Below, piece by piece: positions 28,844 through 37,743 of a stretch of DNA of 64,000 nucleotides. Source of the DNA: an uncultured Verrucomicrobiae bacterium (GTDB taxonomy: Bacteria; Verrucomicrobiota; Verrucomicrobiia; Limisphaerales; SIBH01); the NCBI GenBank assembly GCA_963760275.1, contig CAVXCM010000011.1:356463-420462 (forward strand). The letters are read 5' to 3'. How positions within the stretch are numbered: the first letter of the stretch is position 1; the number at the start of each line of letters is the position of its first letter. The position numbers and the translations under genes were made by a program. A model generated the notes under the pieces. That model was given only the letters and a program-made list of their open reading frames with translations. It had not been told where the DNA came from and made no database searches.

Positions 28844-30373
28844 TCATCTCAGTTCACTGCCCGGGCGCGCTCCAAAAAGACGCTTCACTTGGACATGATC
28901 TCGCGTGCGCGCCCATTCGCCCGCAACAACGATCCGGCCGCGTTCAAGGAATAATCCGTGAGTCATGCAGTGGGGTAAGTCGTCCAGATGATGGGTTACG
29001 ATGATTAATTGCGTTCCGCGGTTGGCTACTTCTTCCAGCGCGGCCGCGAACTCGCGCTTGGAAACTACATCCAGCCCATCGAATGGCTCATCGAGGATGA
29101 GTAAATCAGGATCATGCACCAATGCCCGCAAGGTGAGCATCTTACGCCGCTCGCCGAACGACAAACGGTTCATCTGTTCGTGACGCAGGTGGTCCAAGCC
29201 AAAACTCCGCATCAAGCGACGGACCGTGCGCAACTGCATCCTGGTGGGGTTGTCCATCAATCCGACGCTGGAGAAAAAGCCTGAAGCCACCACCTGCTCA
29301 GCCGTGATCTGTTCACAGTAATGAGTCTGCAACAAAGGCGAGACGCACCCGATGCGTCGCCTCAGGTCCCAGATTGTGTTGTCAGCCGTGAACTCAAAGC
29401 GCTGAACCCGCGAGCCAAATACCGGATACAAATCGCTGGCGATCAGCTTGAGAAAAGTCGTTTTTCCTGCACCGTTCGAGCCCAGCACCACCCAGTGCTC
29501 GCCCCGGCGTAACTTCCAATCAATTCCGTGCAGCACCTTCTGCCCGTCCAGAAAGACATCGGCATTTCCAATGTCGATAAGGGGTGCTGAATGCTCGGCT
29601 GCCTTGGGTCCAGTGCGTCGGAGAAGGTCCACCGGCTTTGCTTCACGGCTTCGTTTTGCAGATGCGGCGAGTGCACTCCACTTGGCTTGGCGCAGGTGTC
29701 CGTTCTCAAATTCTGCCACATGTGTAATGACGGAGAGAACCTCGTCATCTCGGTGGGTTGTGTAAATAATCTGGGTTCCATTGCTCGCGATCACTTCGAT
29801 CATTCGCAGGAGGCCACCGCGAAAATGCGCGTCGAGCCCATCACAGACTTCATCCAGCAACAGCACTCGAGGCCGGCCCACCACCGCACGGCAGACGAGG
29901 AGCTTCCTGAGCTCGCCGGTTGAAAGGGACTGCATATCCCGCTCGAGAAGTGGAGTGATCCCCAACTCGCGGCTTACTCCCTCTGCCCGTGTTTTTTGCG
30001 CACGACTCAGTTTGACGTAGAGCATGTCGGTCTGCGCAAACCCGGTTTCAATCACGTCCCGCCCGGTCATGCGCCACTCCTGTTGGAGGTAGCGCTCCTG
30101 CACTTCCGGCGAGACCAAGGCGATGTGTGGGCGCACTTCGATGGCAGTCAATTGCGTGCTGCCGTCGAGCCGATAAATTCGGTCGCCGCCCTTGGGCATC
30201 GGCCATACTTCGCCACGAAGCAATCTGAGAAAGGTGCTCTTGCCTGAGCCATTGCCGCCCCGGATTAACCAATGCTGGCCTCCATGGAGACTCCAGCTTA
30301 CATCGCGCAACACGGTGGCGCCGTCGAAAGCCACATCCACATTACAGAGTTCAATCAGTGCTTCGTTGTTCAA
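28844..30373 (-). CDS. ModF-like ABC ATPase with two nucleotide-binding domains
   Basis: GGNGSGKST/LSTGE/LLLDE and GSNGAGKTT/LSFGE/LILDEP motifs; start uncertain (30373 or 30409). Confidence 0.88.
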   Translation of the reverse strand: MNNEALIELCNVDVAFDGATVLRDVSWSLHGGQHWLIRGGNGSGKSTFLRLLRGEVWPMPKGGDRIYRLDGSTQLTAIEVRPHIALVSPEVQERYLQQEWRMTGRDVIETGFAQTDMLYVKLSRAQKTRAEGVSRELGITPLLERDMQSLSTGELRKLLVCRAVVGRPRVLLLDEVCDGLDAHFRGGLLRMIEVIASNGTQIIYTTHRDDEVLSVITHVAEFENGHLRQAKWSALAASAKRSREAKPVDLLRRTGPKAAEHSAPLIDIGNADVFLDGQKVLHGIDWKLRRGEHWVVLGSNGAGKTTFLKLIASDLYPVFGSRVQRFEFTADNTIWDLRRRIGCVSPLLQTHYCEQITAEQVVASGFFSSVGLMDNPTRMQLRTVRRLMRSFGLDHLRHEQMNRLSFGERRKMLTLRALVHDPDLLILDEPFDGLDVVSKREFAAALEEVANRGTQLIIVTHHLDDLPHCMTHGLFLERGRIVVAGEWARTRDHVQVKRLFGARPGSELR

Positions 30374-30507
30374 CACGAAGACGAAACACAAACCGGCGGA
30401 CATCTCCAAATACGAAATCGACTGTCGGGCAGGAAAACATCCTTGGGGACCAAGGAACCTGAAAAGAAACTTGAGTTCATTCCGGCCTTTTCCTGAAATT
30501 CCCAGCC

Positions 30508-31275
30508 TTGAATCCCATCAAAACATTTCAAGTGGATGAATTGGCGGTGCGTGTATACGCCACACAGAAGGACCTGGCCGCCGACGCCGCGCGTGAGGCA
30601 CAGGCATTTCTGATCGATTGCCTGGCCGAACGCGGTGAAGCCAGCGCGATTCTCGCCACGGGCAATTCCCAAATTCAATTCCTCGACGCACTGCTGCGCC
30701 TGGGCGGCGTGGATTGGTCCAAGGTCACGCTGTTCCACATGGATGAATATCTTGGCATCGACGAGAACCATCCGGCCAGTTTCCGCCGTTACATGCGCGA
30801 ACGGGTCGAGAGTCGCGTGAAGCCCAAAGCATTCCATTACATCCGCGGCGACGCCGACCAGCCGCTCAACGAATGCGCACGTTACTGCGATTTGCTTCAG
30901 GCCCAGGAAATTGATCTCTGCTGCATGGGCATTGGGGAGAATGGTCACATCGCCTTTAATGATCCGCACGTGGCGGAGTTCGATGATCCGTGGTCGGTCA
31001 AAGTAGTAAGTCTTGATTTGAAATGCCGGCAGCAGCAAGTGGATGAAGGCCATTTTCCGAACGTGAACGACATGCCCCGTTACGCTTACACGCTCACTAT
31101 CCCAACGCTTTGTGCAGTGCGCAAAATCATCTGCATCGCTCCCGAGAAACGTAAAGCCCGCGCCGTACATGATGCCTTGCGCGAATCCGTCAGCACTCAT
31201 TGCCCGGCGTCCTACCTGCGCACCCGGCAGCAGGCAGTCATGCTACTTGATACGGATTCCGCAGCGCTGCTGTAA
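30508..31275 (+). CDS. nagB: Glucosamine-6-phosphate deaminase
   Basis: LATGNS, FHMDEY, HPASF, GIGENGHIAFNDP and CPAS.L motifs. Confidence 0.85.
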   Translation: MNPIKTFQVDELAVRVYATQKDLAADAAREAQAFLIDCLAERGEASAILATGNSQIQFLDALLRLGGVDWSKVTLFHMDEYLGIDENHPASFRRYMRERVESRVKPKAFHYIRGDADQPLNECARYCDLLQAQEIDLCCMGIGENGHIAFNDPHVAEFDDPWSVKVVSLDLKCRQQQVDEGHFPNVNDMPRYAYTLTIPTLCAVRKIICIAPEKRKARAVHDALRESVSTHCPASYLRTRQQAVMLLDTDSAALL

Positions 31276-31278
31276 GCC

Positions 31279-32013
31279 TTACGCAAACAGAACCCGGGCT
31301 AGCTTCATCAAAACGGGAGCCAGGAGCAGCGCCGGCAAGTAATTGCCTATCTCAACTTTTTTGATCTCGAAGATGACCAAGGCGATGTAGGTCATAATCA
31401 ATCCGCAGCTGGCATGAACGACTCCCAGCACTCCATGGGCGTCGAGCCACGGCTCCAGGCGATCGCCAAGCAGCGTGAGGCCGGAAAGCAGCGCTGCGAC
31501 GGGAAAAGCCGCCAGGGCCGCAGTCCAACCGAAGAGGCGCGCAAAGGAAAAGGCGGCAAGGCAATCCATCACGGCCTTAATCGCCAGCGGTTGAAAGTAA
31601 CGTTGCAGCCCATCTTCCAAAGCCCCGATCAAACCCAAAGGAGCCGCGCAAAAAAGGAGGGCCGCGGCCATCAGTCCGTCACCGGCCGCCTTCTTTCCAT
31701 TGAGGGCGGCGAGTTCCAGCTTCGATTTCGCCTGCTGCCCAAGCCTATTCATCCATGTCTGGATGCCGATCAACCTGCCAATCAGGTGCCCAAACACCAT
31801 CGCCAACAGAACGATGCCGAACTTGGGAAAAAACGAGCCGTTCGTGTCGGACTTCAGGCCCATCCACACAAGCTTCAACCCGAAAAACGAGGTTGCCACA
31901 CCCAACAGAATTTTAATCTGCTGCTGGAGGCGTGCGGAAAGTTCGGTTTTGGTCATGAGACCGACCAAGGCTCCTAGCACGATCGCTCCGCTGTTGAACA
32001 GGGTTCCCAACAT
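31279..32013 (-). CDS. DUF554 family membrane protein
   Basis: MLGT.FN..AIV.G...G, LLFC..P...IGA..DG and KA..D motifs, multi-TM. Confidence 0.8.
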   Translation of the reverse strand: MLGTLFNSGAIVLGALVGLMTKTELSARLQQQIKILLGVATSFFGLKLVWMGLKSDTNGSFFPKFGIVLLAMVFGHLIGRLIGIQTWMNRLGQQAKSKLELAALNGKKAAGDGLMAAALLFCAAPLGLIGALEDGLQRYFQPLAIKAVMDCLAAFSFARLFGWTAALAAFPVAALLSGLTLLGDRLEPWLDAHGVLGVVHASCGLIMTYIALVIFEIKKVEIGNYLPALLLAPVLMKLARVLFA

Positions 32014-32458
32014 TTGAGCCCGCAGCCTAATGACGGTCAATCTTCCCTGACAACGCACAAGTGCGTCAGCCGCGAGGGAGAGTGCGAGTTCGATTTGCGC
32101 CGGAGCGCAGCGCGGGACCTGCGATTGCCGCAACGCGCCAACGCCCGTTCGAAGCATGAAGACGTGAACGGTTTAAAGCCGTCGGTTCCAAAAACAGGGT
32201 AACTTCTCAACGGAGAATCCCCAGGAATCTTGGCCGCTTGACCCGAAATTGCGTCTTGCGCCTTGGCGCTTACTCCCTATCTTCTGCCCCGCCTGAGCGC
32301 GGCGTGTGCCGATGCTCGTTGAGGCTGAGAAAAGAAAGTTAACGAACAACCGAACATTCAACCTCCGTTGCCACGGATCGTTTGCGTTCGGCAATGGAGA
32401 CCAGCATGCCAATCCGCCTGCCCGTCTCCCGTCTGCGAAAGTTAGTCCGTAAATCATT

Positions 32459-34126
32459 ATGCTCACCATGGAAGAAGCCCTGAAGGGCAGCTCCGTCGGC
32501 TTTACGACGGGTCAGATCGTCAAAGGTAGAATCATCGAAGTCCGCCCCAAGGAAGTGTTGGTGGACATTGGTTACAAATCCGAAGGCGCCGTCAATGGCG
32601 GCGAATTCGACGATATCAAAGCCGTTAAAGTCGGCGATGAAGTCGAAGTGCTCATCGAGAAACTCGAAGACAAAGACGGCATGGTCGTTCTCTCCAAGGA
32701 GAAGGCCGAGTTTAAGAAGAATTGGGAACGCATTGTTTTAATCGCCGGCGAAGGCACGACGGTGACTGGCAAAGTGAAAAGCGCCGTCAAAGGCGGCTTG
32801 GTGGTCAACATCGGCGTGGAAGCTTTTCTTCCCGCCTCCCAAATCGACGTCATCCCCCCTAAGAATTTACAGCCGTTCATCGGCAACACCTACGAGTTCA
32901 AGGTCGTCAAAATCAACGCTGACCGCCAGAACGTCGTCTTGTCCCGCCGCGAACTGATCGAAGCCGAGCGTGCCACCCGCCGCGCTGCGTTGCTCACCGA
33001 CATGACCCCCGGCGATATTCGCAAGGGTGTGGTGAAGAACATCACCGACTTCGGCGCGTTCATCGACCTCAACGGCCTGGATGGATTGCTCCACATCACC
33101 GACATGAGCTGGGGCCGCATCGGGCATCCGAGCGAAATACTCAAAGTTGGCCAGGAGCTCGACGTGGTGGTGCTCGACGTGAACCGCGAGAAGGAACGCG
33201 TCAGCCTCGGACTCAAGCAGAAGCTCGCCAATCCCTGGGAGCAAATCGAAGCCAAGTACACCGTTGGTCAGAAGGTCAAAGGCAAGGTGGTCAACCTCGT
33301 GCCTTACGGCGCATTCGTGGAGTTGGAACCCGGAGTCGAAGGTCTCGTGCACGTCACGGAGCTTTCGTGGACCAAGCGCATTGCCAAGCCGTCCGACGTG
33401 CTCAAGCAAGGCCAGGAAATCGAAGCTGTCGTGCTCGGCATCAATCGCGACGAGCAGAAAATCAGCCTCGGCGTGCGCCAGCTTGAGACTAATCCTTGGG
33501 AGAAAGCCGCGGAGAAGTATCCGCCCGGCACCCGTGTCAAAGGCAAGATTCGCAACCTGACCAGCTACGGCGCATTCCTCGAACTCGAGGAAGGCATCGA
33601 CGGCATGATTCACGTCTCGGACGTTTCCTGGACGCGCAAGATCAATCACCCGAGCGAAGTGCTGAAGAAGGGCGACGACGTCGAAGCCATCGTGCTCGAA
33701 GTCGACAAAGCCAACCAGCGCATCGCCCTCGGTGTGAAGCAGCTCAGCGAAGATCCTTGGGCCAACATCGACAAGTTCTACAAGGTCGGCGACCTCGTGA
33801 ACGGCAAGGTCACGAAGCTCGCGAGCTTCGGCGCCTTCGTCGGGCTCGAACATGACATCGATGGCTTGGTGCACATCTCGCAGGTGAGCGAAGAGCGCAT
33901 CGACAAGATCAAGAACGTGCTCAAGCCCGGCCAGGATGTGTCGGCGCGCGTGATCAAAATCGACAAGGGCGAGCGCCGCATCGGCCTGTCGATCAAGGCG
34001 GCCAGCTACAGCGACGAACAGCTGCGCGAAGAGCAGAAGCTGTTGGATTCCCTCAAGCCCGGCGAAGACCTCGTCGCGCTCCAGCACGCGTTTGACGCGG
34101 CCGAAGTTACGGACGAGAAGCCGTAA
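32459..34126 (+). CDS. rpsA: 30S ribosomal protein S1
   Basis: Six S1 domains (VDIGYKSEG, NITDFGAFIDL, GL.H.T..SW, RI.LG.KQ); strongly biased codon usage. Confidence 0.98.
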   Translation: MLTMEEALKGSSVGFTTGQIVKGRIIEVRPKEVLVDIGYKSEGAVNGGEFDDIKAVKVGDEVEVLIEKLEDKDGMVVLSKEKAEFKKNWERIVLIAGEGTTVTGKVKSAVKGGLVVNIGVEAFLPASQIDVIPPKNLQPFIGNTYEFKVVKINADRQNVVLSRRELIEAERATRRAALLTDMTPGDIRKGVVKNITDFGAFIDLNGLDGLLHITDMSWGRIGHPSEILKVGQELDVVVLDVNREKERVSLGLKQKLANPWEQIEAKYTVGQKVKGKVVNLVPYGAFVELEPGVEGLVHVTELSWTKRIAKPSDVLKQGQEIEAVVLGINRDEQKISLGVRQLETNPWEKAAEKYPPGTRVKGKIRNLTSYGAFLELEEGIDGMIHVSDVSWTRKINHPSEVLKKGDDVEAIVLEVDKANQRIALGVKQLSEDPWANIDKFYKVGDLVNGKVTKLASFGAFVGLEHDIDGLVHISQVSEERIDKIKNVLKPGQDVSARVIKIDKGERRIGLSIKAASYSDEQLREEQKLLDSLKPGEDLVALQHAFDAAEVTDEKP

Positions 34127-34147
34127 TTCGACCAACAACAATTCACG

Positions 34148-34183
34148 ACAGGCGGACTCGCAAGGGTCCGCCTGTTTTGTTTT
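34148..34183 (+). terminator. Rho-independent terminator after rpsA
   Basis: ACAGGCGGAC...GTCCGCCTGT stem with a GCAA loop followed by TTTGTTTT. Confidence 0.85.
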
Positions 34184-34235
34184 CCGCTTTCACCTTGAGC
34201 CGACTTCATCGACTCCCGTTAAACTAGGCACTCAA

Positions 34236-35516
34236 ATGGACATCATTGCTGAACTACAGTGGCGTGGACTGTTGGCGGACTGCACCGATCTGGAAACGCT
34301 TTCCAAGCGATTGGCCACAAGCCCGACGACGCTCTATTGCGGCTTCGATCCCACGGCGGACTCGCTGCATGTCGGTAATCTCGTTCCGTTGTTGGCGCTG
34401 CGACGCTTTCAACTGGCGGGGCACAGCCCCATTGCATTGGCTGGGGGGGCGACAGGTTGCATCGGCGACCCGAGCGGGAAGGCAGCCGAACGCCAGTTGC
34501 TCACGCGCGAGCAAATCGATCACAACATCCAGAGCATCAAGGGACAGCTCACGTCGTTGCTTGATTTTGAGACGAAGACAAACCCCGCGCGACTCCTCGA
34601 CAATGCCAGTTGGACGAACCCCATGTCGTTCATCGATTTCCTGCGCGACATCGGCAAGCACTTCTCCGTGAACCAGATGATGCAAAAGGAAAGCGTGCGC
34701 GCCCGCATGGAGGACCGCGAAGTCGGCATCAGCTACACCGAGTTCAGCTACCAACTGCTCCAAGCCTTCGACTTCTACCACTTGCGCAAGGAGTTGATTT
34801 GCGAGCTACAGGTCGGCGCGACGGATCAGTGGGGGAACATCACGGCGGGCATCGACCTCTGCCGCAAGAAGCTCGGCGCAACGGTCTTCGGATTGACGTT
34901 CCCGCTCATGACAAAAGCCGACGGCACCAAGTACGGGAAGACTGCCAGCGGCGCCGTTTACCTGGATGCAAAGAAGACCAGTCCTTACCGCTTTTACCAA
35001 TTCTTCATCCAACTGGAGGACGGGGATGTAATTAAGATTCTCAAGATGCTTTCGTTCGCTGACCGGGCGACGGTAGCGGACCTCGAACAGCAACATCTCG
35101 CGAACCCCGGGGCGCGGGCACCTCACAAATTTCTCGCCCGCGAGTTGACCGGCTTGGTGCATGGGCCCAACGCAGCCGAAGACGCCGTGCGCGCGAGCGA
35201 TGTGCTATTTGGCGGCAACTTGGATGGAATATCCGAACGGACATTCAACGATCTGGTGGGCGAAGTGCCTTCGAAGGATCTGGCCAAAGCGCAATTGGAA
35301 GCTGCAGGTATGCCGTTGATCGACCTTCTGGTTCACGCGGGGTTGTGCCCCTCCAAAGGCCAGGCGCGAAAAGACGTCGAGCAAGGGGGCATTAACATCA
35401 ACAACGTGCGCGAAGCGAACGCCCTGCGGGCGGTGACGACCGGCGACCTGCTTTTCGGCCAGCACCTGCTGTTGCGCAAAGGCAAGCGCAACTACGTCGT
35501 GATCACGGCAAAATAG
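34236..35516 (+). CDS. tyrS: Tyrosine--tRNA ligase
   Basis: YCGFDPTADSLHVGN, EFSYQLLQAFD, QVGATDQWGNI and KYGKT motifs; C-terminal S4 domain LRKGK. Confidence 0.97.
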   Translation: MDIIAELQWRGLLADCTDLETLSKRLATSPTTLYCGFDPTADSLHVGNLVPLLALRRFQLAGHSPIALAGGATGCIGDPSGKAAERQLLTREQIDHNIQSIKGQLTSLLDFETKTNPARLLDNASWTNPMSFIDFLRDIGKHFSVNQMMQKESVRARMEDREVGISYTEFSYQLLQAFDFYHLRKELICELQVGATDQWGNITAGIDLCRKKLGATVFGLTFPLMTKADGTKYGKTASGAVYLDAKKTSPYRFYQFFIQLEDGDVIKILKMLSFADRATVADLEQQHLANPGARAPHKFLARELTGLVHGPNAAEDAVRASDVLFGGNLDGISERTFNDLVGEVPSKDLAKAQLEAAGMPLIDLLVHAGLCPSKGQARKDVEQGGININNVREANALRAVTTGDLLFGQHLLLRKGKRNYVVITAK

Positions 35517-35576
35517 CGGCGAACCGCCCGCCCGCGACAGGCTCTGACACTGGAAATATCAGGAGGCCGGAGCGCA

Positions 35577-35969
35577 TTATTCCTGCGCAAGGAAGTCGAA
35601 GACGAAGACGCCTTTATCCGCGAGCACGCCATCGAGCAGTTTCGTAAACTTGGTGTGAGCTTCGTGTCCGAGATAAACGTCGCGGTCCTTTTCACTGGCG
35701 AACGTGATGACGAAGGCTTCATGGAATCCTTTATCGAATCCTTCCTTGCTGATGTTCGGACCATGCTGGACGGAAACGATCTGTGGAATCTTCCCTTTCA
35801 ACGCCACCAAGGCATCGGCGATTTCTTTCTTCTTCGCCTCTGTAACCGCCTTCTTGTACTTGAACGCCACGATGTGAACGACTTTGCCTTTGGCCGGCGC
35901 GTCCGCCGCCATCACCGGAAGAGCAGACAACATCGTGAACACCACGAGAGCTATGAAGAAACGTTTCAT
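35577..35969 (-). CDS. Secreted Dabb (stress-responsive alpha/beta barrel) protein
   Basis: Signal peptide; HIVAFK, L...IP.I, G.N.S.E, F...F..TF, Y..H..H and VFDF motifs. Confidence 0.85.
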   Translation of the reverse strand: MKRFFIALVVFTMLSALPVMAADAPAKGKVVHIVAFKYKKAVTEAKKKEIADALVALKGKIPQIVSVQHGPNISKEGFDKGFHEAFVITFASEKDRDVYLGHEAHTKFTKLLDGVLADKGVFVFDFLAQE

Positions 35970-36213
35970 GGAGGCGCAGCCTAGCGACTTCGCAATGTCT
36001 GGCAAGTGCGCGCCGAAGTAAGGGACGTAAAACAACGATCTGCCCTTGAGCGCAGCGCGGGTAATATTTTTCTGCAAACTTCCGCTCCGAATCATTCCCT
36101 GCTCCCTCATCGGTCCATTCACACATCGGATGATCCTGGTTTGATCCCGGCATCGTGCAATCACGGAGCCTTCCTTGCCTTGACCGAATGCTGCCGCTAC
36201 CGTCCGGCCCCTG

Positions 36214-37341
36214 ATGCGATTGCTCGACCGCTACCTGCTGCGCGAACTGCTCCTGCCGCTGAGCTACTGCATTCTCGGATTTCTCGTTTCCTTCATCGCG
36301 TTCGACCTCTTCGGATCGCTGGCGGATTTTCAACGCGACAAGATGAGTTTCGGGGATGTGATCGAATACTACTTCTACCGCATCCCGGAGTTTCTCGTTA
36401 GCAGTTACGTCCTGCCGATGTCGCTCCTGCTCGCCTTGCTCTATTCGTTGACGAATCATGCGAGACACAACGAGCTGACGGCAATGCGGGCGGCCGCCAT
36501 TCCTCTCTGGAGAATCTCCCTGCCTTACATGGTTACCGGCCTGTTCTTCAGCGGTCTGGTTTTTTATCTAAACGAAAAATTGCTTCCCGCCGGCGTAGAC
36601 GCGGCCGCGCAGGTGCGTTTGCGACATGCGAGTAACCAACCGAAAGGCAACGATAAAATATGGCAGCGGAACGTCTTCTTCCTGAATCCCATTGCCAATC
36701 GCACCTGGCGAATCGGCGCTTACCACATGCGCGCAAACGTCATGTATCGGCCCCAATTCGATTGGCGGCGGGAGGATGGCACCCGACTTCAGGTTTTGGC
36801 GGATAACGCTTATTGGATCAAGCGACGCTGGGTTTTCACCAATGTGGATCAACTTGAATTCTCCTCGGCCGTCGATGCGCTGCCGGAGATTTCCAAGACC
36901 AACCAACTGATCCTGACCGACCTCAGCGAGACCCCGCGCATCATCAAAAGTGAGATTAAAATCAGCGGCCTCGACAGTTTGCGGTCCATGCGGCGCACGC
37001 AGCTTTCATCGTTGGAGATTCTAGACTACCTGAGACTTCACCCTTCTTTGGAGCGCAAGAAGCTGGATGCCCTTCTAACAATGTTTCACAGCCGGATGGC
37101 GGCTCCGTGGATTTGTTTTGTTGTGGTATTGATCGCCGTTCCGTTCGGGGCGCTGCCGGGTCGGCGCAACGTCTTTGTGGGCGTCGCCTCCAGCATCACC
37201 ATCTGCTGTTTGTTCTTCCTTACGAAGGAGCTGACACTCGCGCTGGGGAGCGGTGGTTATGTGCCGGCCTGGATAGCGGCCTGGGCGCCCAATTTCTTAT
37301 TCGGCAGCACGGGGATCCTCTTGATGCAACGCGTGCGGTGA
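36214..37341 (+). CDS. LPS export permease LptF/LptG family
   Basis: LLDRYLLRE, NELTAMRAA and AAWAPN motifs; 6-TM layout with a periplasmic beta domain. Confidence 0.9.
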   Translation: MRLLDRYLLRELLLPLSYCILGFLVSFIAFDLFGSLADFQRDKMSFGDVIEYYFYRIPEFLVSSYVLPMSLLLALLYSLTNHARHNELTAMRAAAIPLWRISLPYMVTGLFFSGLVFYLNEKLLPAGVDAAAQVRLRHASNQPKGNDKIWQRNVFFLNPIANRTWRIGAYHMRANVMYRPQFDWRREDGTRLQVLADNAYWIKRRWVFTNVDQLEFSSAVDALPEISKTNQLILTDLSETPRIIKSEIKISGLDSLRSMRRTQLSSLEILDYLRLHPSLERKKLDALLTMFHSRMAAPWICFVVVLIAVPFGALPGRRNVFVGVASSITICCLFFLTKELTLALGSGGYVPAWIAAWAPNFLFGSTGILLMQRVR

Positions 37342-37563
37342 TTACGGGCCGGAACCCAGTCTAGGACGTGAGGGCCTTCCAAACGACTCTTCTCCCATGC
37401 TTGGTATAAACACATCCGAGCTGCCCCCTTCCTTTTGGAAAATTCGCGCCAGATCAGCGGCGTCCTCGTCGATTAATTTCTGGCAGGCCACGCAGATGTT
37501 TTGATTCCGTGGACTCGCGACCAGCAACTTTTCCGCACAACACAAACAAATCTGCAGCGACAT
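37342..37563 (-). CDS. Small hypothetical protein with CxxC...CxxC (putative zinc finger)
   Basis: MSLQICLCCAEKL...NICVAC; AGGA RBS upstream of ATG 37563. Confidence 0.5.
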   Translation of the reverse strand: MSLQICLCCAEKLLVASPRNQNICVACQKLIDEDAADLARIFQKEGGSSDVFIPSMGEESFGRPSRPRLGSGP

Positions 37564-37743
37564 AGCGGTTTCCTTTCCTGTCACATATCCGCCACCGACC
37601 TTGGTCACGTCCGATTGAAATACGCAACGGCAAGAACTCTCCAATTTTTGCTCCCAACGCCGTTCGGTTTTTGCAGTCCGGACCTCCCGCACTGACGGTA
37701 TTCCACTATTCCGCTCATCCCGACTTTGGTTGAATGGCTCGGC

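Noticed and set aside
32867-34141. 424-aa antisense ORF over rpsA, and similar shadow ORFs such as 11918-12910, 13664-14620, 20647-21564 and 41764-42579
   Set aside because: These are antisense shadows caused by GC-rich codon bias in the real genes and carry no recognisable motifs.
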